Below are positions 55,001 through 64,000 of a DNA stretch of 64,000 nucleotides, one piece after another. The notes beneath the pieces were generated by a model, which was not told where the DNA came from, ran no database searches, and worked only from the letters and a program-made list of their open reading frames with translations. The stretch covers positions 108,624,001-108,688,000 of the forward strand of contig OZ024740.1 of the NCBI GenBank assembly GCA_964016885.1. The letters are read 5' to 3'. Source of the DNA: Eledone cirrhosa. Lineage: Eukaryota. Position 1 is the first letter of the stretch, and each line of letters opens with the position of its first letter. The translations under genes were made by a program, and so were the position numbers.

Positions 55001-58000
55001 GAAATATTGTAATGAAAAGGTTGATGACATAGGCAGTGTCTTTCATTAGAAATATAGTAATGAAAGGGTTGATGACATTTGCAGTGTCTTTCATTAGAAA
55101 TATAGTAATGAAAGGGTTAATGACATAGGCAGTGTCTTTCATTAGAAATGAGGTAAGTAAAGGGTTGATGACATAGGCAGTGTCTTTCATTAGAAATATT
55201 GTAATGAATGGATTTATGACATAGGCAATGTCATCATTAGAAATATTGTAATGCAAGGGTTCATGACATAGGCAGTGCCTTTCATTAGAAATGAGGTAAG
55301 TAAAGGGTTGATGACATAGGCAGTGTCTTTCATTAGAAATATTGTACTGAATGGATTAATGACATAGGCAGTGTCATCATTAGAAATATAGTACTGAAAG
55401 GGTTGATGACATAAGCAGTGTCTTTCATTAGAAATATTGTAATGAAAGGGTTGATGACATAGGCAGTGTCATCATTAGAAATATAGTAATGAAAGGGTTG
55501 ATGACATAGGCAGTGTCTTTCATTAGAAATATTGTAATGAAAGGGTTGATGACATAGGCAGTGTCTTTCATTAGAAATATTGTACTGAATGGATTAATGA
55601 CATAGGCAGTGTCATCATTAGAAATATTGTAATGAAATGGTTGATGACATAGGCAGTGTCATCATTAGAAATATAGTAATGAAAGGGTTGATGACATAGG
55701 CAGTATCATCATTAGAAATATAGTAATGAAAGGGTTGATGACATAGGCAGTGTCTTTCATTAGAAATATAGTAATGAAAGGGTTGATGACATAGGCAGTG
55801 TCTTTCATTAGAAATATTGTACTGAATGGATTAATGACATAGGCAGTGTCTTTCATTAGAAATATAGTAATGAAAGGGTTGATGACATAGGCAGTGTCAT
55901 CATTAGAAATATAGTAATGAAAGGGTTGATGACATAGGCAGTGTCATCATTAGAAATATAGTAATGAAAGGGTTGATGACATAGGCAGTGTCTTTCATTA
56001 GAAATATTGTACTGAATGGATTAATGACATAGGCAGTGTCATCATTAGAAATATTGTAATGAAAGGGTTGATGACATAGGCAGTGTCATCATTAGAAATA
56101 TAGTACTGAAAGGGTTGATGACATAAGCAGTGTCTTTCATTAGAAATATAGTAATGAAAGGGTTGATGACATAGGCAGTGTCATCATTAGAAATATAGTA
56201 ATGAAAGGGTTGATGACATAGGCAGTGTCTTTCATTAGAAATATTGTAATGAATGGATTAATGACATAGGCAGTGTCATCATTAGAAATATTGTAATGAA
56301 ATGGTTGATGACATAGGCAGTATCATCATTAGAAATATAGTAATGAAAGGGTTGATGACATAGGCAGTGTCTTTCATTAGAAATATTGTACTGAATGGAT
56401 TAATGACATAGGCAGTGTCTTTCATGAGAAATATAGTATTGAAAGGGTTGATGACATAGGCAGTGTCTTTCATTAGAAATATAGTAATGAAAGGGTTGAT
56501 GACATAGGCAGTATCATCATTAGAAATATAGTAATGAAAGGGTTGATGACATAGGCAGTGTCTTTCATTAGAAATATAGTAGTGAAAGGGTTAATGACAT
56601 AGGCAGTGTCTTTCATTAGAAATGAGGTAAGTAAAGGGTTGATGACATAGGCAGTGTCTTTCATTAGAAATATTGTAATGAATGGATTAATGACATAGGC
56701 AATGTCATCATTAGAAATATTGTAATGCAAGGGTTCATGACATAGGCAGTGCCTTTCATCAGAAATGAGGTAAGTAAAGGGTTGATGACATAGGCAGTGT
56801 CTTTCATTAGAAATATTGTACTGAATGGATTAATGACATAGGCAGTGTCATCATTAGAAATATTGTAATGAAAGGGTTGATGACATAGGCAGTGTCATCA
56901 TTAGAAATATAGTAATGAAAGGGTTGATGACATAGGCAGTGTCTTTCATTAGAAATATTGTACTGAATGGATTAATGACATAGGCAGTGTCATCATTAGA
57001 AATATAGTACTGAAAGGGTTGATGACATAAGCAGTGTCTTTCATTAGAAATATTGTAATGAAAGGGTTGATGACATAGGCAGTGTCATCATTAGAAATAT
57101 AGTAATGAAAGGGTTGATGACATAGGCAGTGTCTTTCATTAGAAATATTGTAATGAAAGGGTTGATGACATAGGCAGTGTCTTTCATTAGAAATATTGTA
57201 CTGAATGGATTAATGACATAGGCAGTGTCATCATTAGAAATATTGTAATGAAATGGTTGATGACATAGGCAGTGTCATCATTAGAAATATAGTAATGAAA
57301 GGGTTGATGACATAGGCAGTATCATCATTAGAAATATAGTAATGAAAGGGTTGATGACATAGGCAGTGTCTTTCATTAGAAATATAGTAATGAAAGGGTT
57401 GATGACATAGGCAGTGTCTTTCATTAGAAATATTGTACTGAATGGATTAATGACATAGGCAGTGTCTTTCATTAGAAATATAGTAATGAAAGGGTTGATG
57501 ACATAGGCAGTGTCATCATTAGAAATATAGTAATGAAAGGGTTGATGACATAGGCAGTGTCATCATTAGAAATATAGTAATGAAAGGGTTGATGACATAA
57601 GCAGTGTCTTTCATTAGAAATATAGTAATGAAAGGGTTGATGACATAGGCTGTGTCTTTCATTAGAAATATTGTAATGAAAAGGTTGATGACATAGGCAG
57701 TGTCTTTCATTAGAAATATTGTACTGAATGGATTAATGACATAGGCAGTGTCATCATTAGAAATATTGTAATGAAAGGGTTGATGACATAGGCAGTGTCA
57801 TCATTAGAAATATAGTACTGAAAGGGTTGATGACATAAGCAGTGTCTTTCATTAGAAATATAGTAATGAAAGGGTTGATGACATAGGCAGTGTCATCATT
57901 AGAAATATAGTAATGAAAGGGTTGATGACATAGGCAGTGTCTTTCATTAGAAATATTGTAATGAATGGATTAATGACATAGGCAGTGTCATCATTAGAAA

Positions 58001-61000
58001 TATTGTAATGAAATGGTTGATGACATAGGCAGTATCATCATTAGAAATATAGTAATGAAAGGGTTGATGACATAGGCAGTGTCTTTCATTAGAAATATTG
58101 TACTGAATGGATTAATGACATAGGCAGTGTCTTTCATGAGAAATATAGTATTGAAAGGGTTGATGACATAGGCAGTGTCTTTCATTAGAAATATAGTAAT
58201 GAAAGGGTTGATGACATAGGCAGTATCATCATTAGAAATATAGTAATGAAAGGGTTGATGACATAGGCAGTGTCTTTCATTAGAAATATTGTAATGAAAG
58301 GGTTGATGACATAGGCAGTGTCTTTCATTAGAAATATAGTAATGAAAGGGTTGATGACATAGGCAGTGTCTTTCATTAGAAATATAGTAATGAAAGGGTT
58401 GATGACATAGGCTGTGTCTTTCATTAGAAATATTGTAATGAAAAGGTTGATGACATAGGCAGTGTCTTTCATTAGAAATATAGTAATGAAAGGGTTGATG
58501 ACATTTGCAGTGTCTTTCATTAGAAATATAGTAATGAAAGGGTTAATGACATAGGCAGTGTCTTTCATTAGAAATGAGGTAAGTAAAGGGTTGATGACAT
58601 AGGCAGTGTCTTTCATTAGAAATATTGTAATGAATGGATTAATGACATAGGCAATGTCATCATTAGAAATATTGTAATGCAAGGGTTCATGACATAGGCA
58701 GTGCCTTTCATTAGAAATGAGGTAAGTAAAGGGTTGATGACATAGGCAGTGTCTTTCATTAGAAATATTGTACTGAATGGATTAATGACATAGGCAGTGT
58801 CATCATTAGAAATATTGTAATGAAAGGGTTGATGACATAGGCAGTGTCATCATTAGAAATATAGTAATGAAAGGGTTGATGACATAGGCAGTGTCTTTCA
58901 TTAGAAATATTGTAATGAAAGGGTTGATGACATAGGCAGTGTCATCATTAGAAATATAGTAATGAAAGGGTTGATGACATAGGCAGTGTCTTTCATTAGA
59001 AATATTGTACTGAATGGATTAATGACATAGGCAGTGTCATCATTAGAAATATTGTAATGAAAGGGTTGATGACATAGGCAGTGTCATCATTAGAAATATA
59101 GTACTGAAAGGGTTGATGACATAAGCAGTGTCTTTCATTAGAAATATTGTAATGAAAGGGTTGATGATATAGGCAGTATCATCATTAGAAATATAGTAAT
59201 GAAAGGGTTGATGACATAGGCAGTGTCTTTCATTAGAAATATAGTAATGAAAGGGTTGATGACATAGGCAGTATCTTTCATTAGAAATATAGTAATGAAA
59301 GGGTTGATGACATAGGCAGTGTCTTTCATTAGAAATATAGTAATGAAAGGGTTGATGACATAGGCAGTATCTTTCATTAGAAATATAGTAATGAAAGGGT
59401 TGATGACATAGGCAGTGTCTTTCATTAGAAATATAGTACTGAAAGGGTTGATGACATAGGCAGTGTCTTTCATTAGAAATATAGTAATGAAAGGGTTGAT
59501 GACATAGGCAGTGTCTTTCATTAGAAATATAGTAATGAAAGGGTTGATGACATAGGCAGTGTCTTTCATTAGAAATATAGTAATGAAAGGGTTGATGACA
59601 TAGGCAGTATCTTTCATTAGAAATATAGTAATGAAAGGGTTGATGACATAGGCAGTGTCTTTCATTAAAAATATAGTAATGAAAGGGTTGATGACATAGG
59701 CAGTCTCTTTCATTAGAAATATAGTAATGAAAGGGTTGATGACATAGGCAGAGTCTTTCATATGAAAGGGTTGATGACATAGGCAGTGTCTTTCATTAGA
59801 AATATTGTAATGAAAGGGTTGATGACATAGGCAGTGTCTTTCATTAGAAATATTGTAGTGAAAGGGTTGATGACATAGGCAGTGTCTTTCATTAGAAATA
59901 TTGTAATGAAAGGGTTGATGACATAGGCAGTGTCTTTCATTAGAAATATAGTAATGAAAGGGTTGATGACATAGGCAGTGTCTTTCATTAGAAATATTGT
60001 AATGAAAGGGTTGATGACATAGGCAGTGTCTTTCATTAGAAATATTGTAATGAAAGGGTTGATGACATAGGCAGTGTCTTTCATTAGAAATATTGTAATG
60101 AAAGGGTTGATGACATAGGCAGTGTCTTTCATTAGAAATATTGTACTGAATGGATTAATGACATAGGCAGTGTCTTTCATTAGAAATATTGTACTGAATG
60201 GATTAATGACATAGGCAGTGTCATCATTAGAAATATTGTAATGAAATGGTTGATGACATAGGCAGTATCATCATTAGAAATATAGTAATGAAAGGGTTGA
60301 TGACATAGGCAGTGTCTTTCATTAGAAATATAGTAATGAAAGGGTTGAAGACATAGGCAGTGTCTTTCATTAGAAATATTGTACTGAATGGATTAATGAC
60401 ATAGGCAGTGTCTTTCATTAGAAATATTGTACTGAATGGATTAATGACATAGGCAGTGTCATCATTAGAAATATAGTAATGAAAGGGTTGATGACATAGG
60501 CAGTGTCTTTCATTAGAAATATTGTACTGAATGGATTAATGACATAGGCAGTGTCTTTCATTAGAAATATAGTAATGAAAGGGTTGATGACATAGGCAGT
60601 GTCATCATTAGAAATATAGTACTGAAAGGGTTGATGACATAAGCAGTGTCTTTCATTAGAAATATTGTAATGAAAGGGTTGATGACATAGGCAGTATCAT
60701 CATTAGAAATATAGTAATGAAAGGGTTGATGACATAGGCAGTGTCTTTCATTAGAAATATTGTAATGAAAGGGTTGATGACATAGGCAGTGTCTTTCATT
60801 AGAAATATAGTAATGAAAGGGTTGATGACATAGGCAGTGTCTTTCATTAGAAATATAGTAATGAAAGGGTTGATGACATAGGCAGTATCTTTCATTAGAA
60901 ATATAGTAATGAAAGGGTTGATGACATAGGCAGTGTCTTTCATTAGAAATATAGTAATGAAAGGGTTGATGACATAGGCAGTCTCTTTCATTAGAAATAT

Positions 61001-64000
61001 AGTAATGAAAGGGTTGATGACATAGGCAGTGTCTTTCATATGAAAGGGTTGATGACATAGGCAGTGTCTTTCATTAGAAATATTGTAATGAAAGGGTTGA
61101 TGACATAGGCAGTGTCTTTCATTAGAAATATTGTAGTGAAAGGGTTGATGACATAGGCAGTGTCTTTCATTAGAAATATTGTAATGAAAGGGTTGATGAC
61201 ATAGGCAGTGTCTTTCATTAGAAATATAGTAATGAAAGGGTTGATGACATAGGCAGTGTCTTTCATTAGAAATATTGTAATGAAAGGGTTGATGACATAG
61301 GCAGTGTCTTTCATTAGAAATATTGTAATGAAAGGGTTGATGACATAGGCAGTGTCTTTCATTAGAAATATTGTAATGAAAGGGTTGATGACATAGGCAG
61401 TGTCTTTCATTAGAAATATTGTACTGAATGGATTAATGACATAGGCAGTGTCTTTCATTAGAAATATAGTACTGAAAGGGTTGATGACATAGGCAGTATC
61501 ATCATTAGAAATATAGTAATGAAAGGGTTGATGACATAGGCAGTGTCTTTCATTAGAAATATTGTACTGAATGGATTAATGACATAGGCAGTGTCTTTCA
61601 TTAGAAGTATAGTAATGAAAGGGTTGATGACATAGGCAGTGTCTTTCATTAGAAATATAGTAATGAAAGGGTTGATGACATAGGCAGTGTCATCATTAGA
61701 AATATAGTACTGAAAGGGTTGATGACATAAGCAGTGTCTTTCATTAGAAATATTGTAATGAAAGGGTTGATGACATAGGCAGTATCATCATTAGAAATAT
61801 AGTAATGAAAGGGTTGATGACATAGGCAGTGTCTTTCATTAGAAATATTGTAATGAAAGGGTTGATGACATAGGCAGTGTCTTTCATTAGAAATATAGTA
61901 ATGAAAGGGTTGATGACATAGGCAGTGTCTTTCATTAGAAATATAGTAATGAAAGGGTTGATGACATAGGCAGTGTCTTTCATTAGAAATATAGTTATGA
62001 AAGGGTTGATGACATAGGCAGTATCTTTCATTAGAAATATAGTAATGAAAGGGTTGATGACATAGGCAGTGTCTTTCATTAGAAATATAGTAATGAAAGG
62101 GTTGATGACATAGGCAGTCTCTTTCATTAGAAATATAGTAATGAAAGGGTTGATGACATAGGCAGTGTCTTTCATATGAAAGGGTTGATGACATAGGCAG
62201 TGTCTTTCATTAGAAATATTGTAATGAAAGGGTTGATGACATAGGCAGTGTCTTTCATTAGAAATATTGTAGTGAAAGGGTTGATGACATAGGCAGTGTC
62301 TTTCATTAGAAATATTGTAATGAAAGGGTTGATGACATAGGCAGTGTCTTTCATTAGAAATATAGTAATGAAAGGGTTGATGACATAGGCAGTGTCTTTC
62401 ATTAGAAATATTGTAATGAAAGGGTTGATGACATAGGCAGTGTCTTTCATTAGAAATATGGTAATGAAAGGGTTGATGACATAGGCAGTGTCTTTCATTA
62501 GAAATATTGTAATGAAAGGGTTGATGACATAGGCAGTGTCTTTCATTAGAAATATTGTACTGAATGGATTAATGACATAGGCAGTGTCTTTCATTAGAAA
62601 TATAGTACTGAAAGGGTTGATGACATAGGCAGTATCATCATTAGAAATATAGTAATGAAAGGGTTGATGACATAGGCAGTGTCTTTCATTAGAAATATTG
62701 TACTGAATGGATTAATGACATAGGCAGTGTCTTTCATTAGAAGTATAGTAATGAAAGGGTTGATGACATAGGCAGTGTCTTTCATTAGAAATATAGTAAT
62801 GAAAGGGTTGATGACATAGGCAGTGTCTTTCATTAGAAATATTGTACTGAATGGATTAATGACATAGGCAGTGTCTTTCATTAGAAATATAGTATTGAAA
62901 GGGTTGATGACATAGGCAGTGTCTTTCATTAGAAATATAGTAATGAAAGGGTTGATGACATAGGCAGTATCATCATTAGAAATATAGTAATGAAAGGGTT
63001 GATGACATAGGCAGTGTCTTTCATTAGAAATATTGTAATGAAAGGGTTGATGACATAGGCAGTGTCTTTCATTAGAAATATAGTAATGAAAGGGTTGATG
63101 ACATAGGCAGTGTCTTTCATTAGAAATATAGTAATGAAAAGGTTGATGACATAGGCAGTGTCTTTCATTAGAAATATTGTACTGAATGGATTAATGACAT
63201 AGGCAGTGTCTTTCATTAGAAATATAGTAATGAAAGGGTTGATGACATAGGCAGTGTCATCATTAGAAATATAGTAATGAAAGGGTTGATGACATAGGCA
63301 GTGTCATCATTAGAAATATAGTAATGAAAGGGTTGATGGCATAGGCAGTGTCTTTCATTAGAAATATTGTACTGAATGGATTAATGACATAGGCAGTGTC
63401 ATCATTAGAAATATTGTAATGAAAGGGTTGATGACATAGGCAGTGTCATCATTAGAAATATAGTACTGAAAGGGTTGATGACATAAGCAGTGTCTTTCAT
63501 TAGAAATATAGTAATGTAAGGGTTGATGACATAGGCAGTGTCATCATTAGAAATATAGTAATGAAAGGGTTGATGACATAGGCAGTGTCTTTCATTAGAA
63601 ATATTGTAATGAATGGATTAATGACATAGGCAGTGTCATCATTAGAAATATTGTAATGAAATGGTTGATGACATAGGCAGTATCATCATTAGAAATATAG
63701 TAATGAAAGGGTTGATGACATAGGCAGTGTCTTTCATTAGAAATATTGTACTGAATGGATTAATGACATAGGCAGTGTCTTTCATTAGAAATATAGTATT
63801 GAAAGGGTTGATGACATAGGCAGTGTCTTTCATTAGAAATATAGTAATGAAAGGGTTGATGACATAGGCAGTATCATCATTAGAAATATAGTAATGAAAG
63901 GGTTGATGACATAGGCAGTGTCTTTCATTAGAAATATTGTAATGAAAGGGTTGATGACATAGGCAGTGTCTTTCATTAGAAATATAGTAATGAAAGGGTT
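28053..64000. repeat. 48/47-bp tandem satellite array, ~750 monomers, extends past window end
   Basis: Uninterrupted head-to-tail copies of TTTCATTAGAAATATWGTAATGAAAGGGTTGATGACATAGGCAGTGTC with a small set of recurring variants. Copy number is estimated as length divided by 48. Confidence 0.99.

Noticed and set aside
28345-63833. Dozens of minus-strand ORFs (MKDTAYVINPFITIFL)n and (ERHCLCHQPFHYYISN)n as a repeat protein or Cys/His metal-binding protein
   Set aside because: They follow from a 48-bp unit lacking stops in two frames. Frames are broken at random by 47- and 35-bp monomers, and there is no splice or codon-level evidence of coding.
28053-64000. CRISPR-like array
   Set aside because: There are no unique spacers, the units are contiguous near-identical monomers, there are no cas genes, and the context is eukaryotic.

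Overview
AT-rich, repeat-dense animal DNA. The SINE/LINE families and microsatellite style suggest a cephalopod such as Octopus; this is an inference. Bases 1-28,050 hold the last seven coding exons of a minus-strand FASTKD1-like gene (FAST + RAP domains, about 435 aa reconstructed by hand with consistent GT-AG phases). They also hold several RTE-clade LINE copies, one with a 3-kb open frame and a PHD-type finger inside the RT, plus tRNA-derived SINEs, RTE-tailed non-autonomous elements and TTAA-flanked piggyBac-like MITEs. Bases ~28,053-64,000 (running off the end) are one tandem array of a 48/47-bp monomer, roughly 750 copies, with kb-scale higher-order duplications. It lies upstream of an internal exon, so apparently inside an intron of the gene. 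The array starts inside the right end of a piggyBac-like MITE, and its monomer is that terminus plus TTAA target site plus ~19 bp of further sequence. Its main variants are explained by two overlapping inverted repeats. The many minus-strand ORFs in the array are repeat artefacts.
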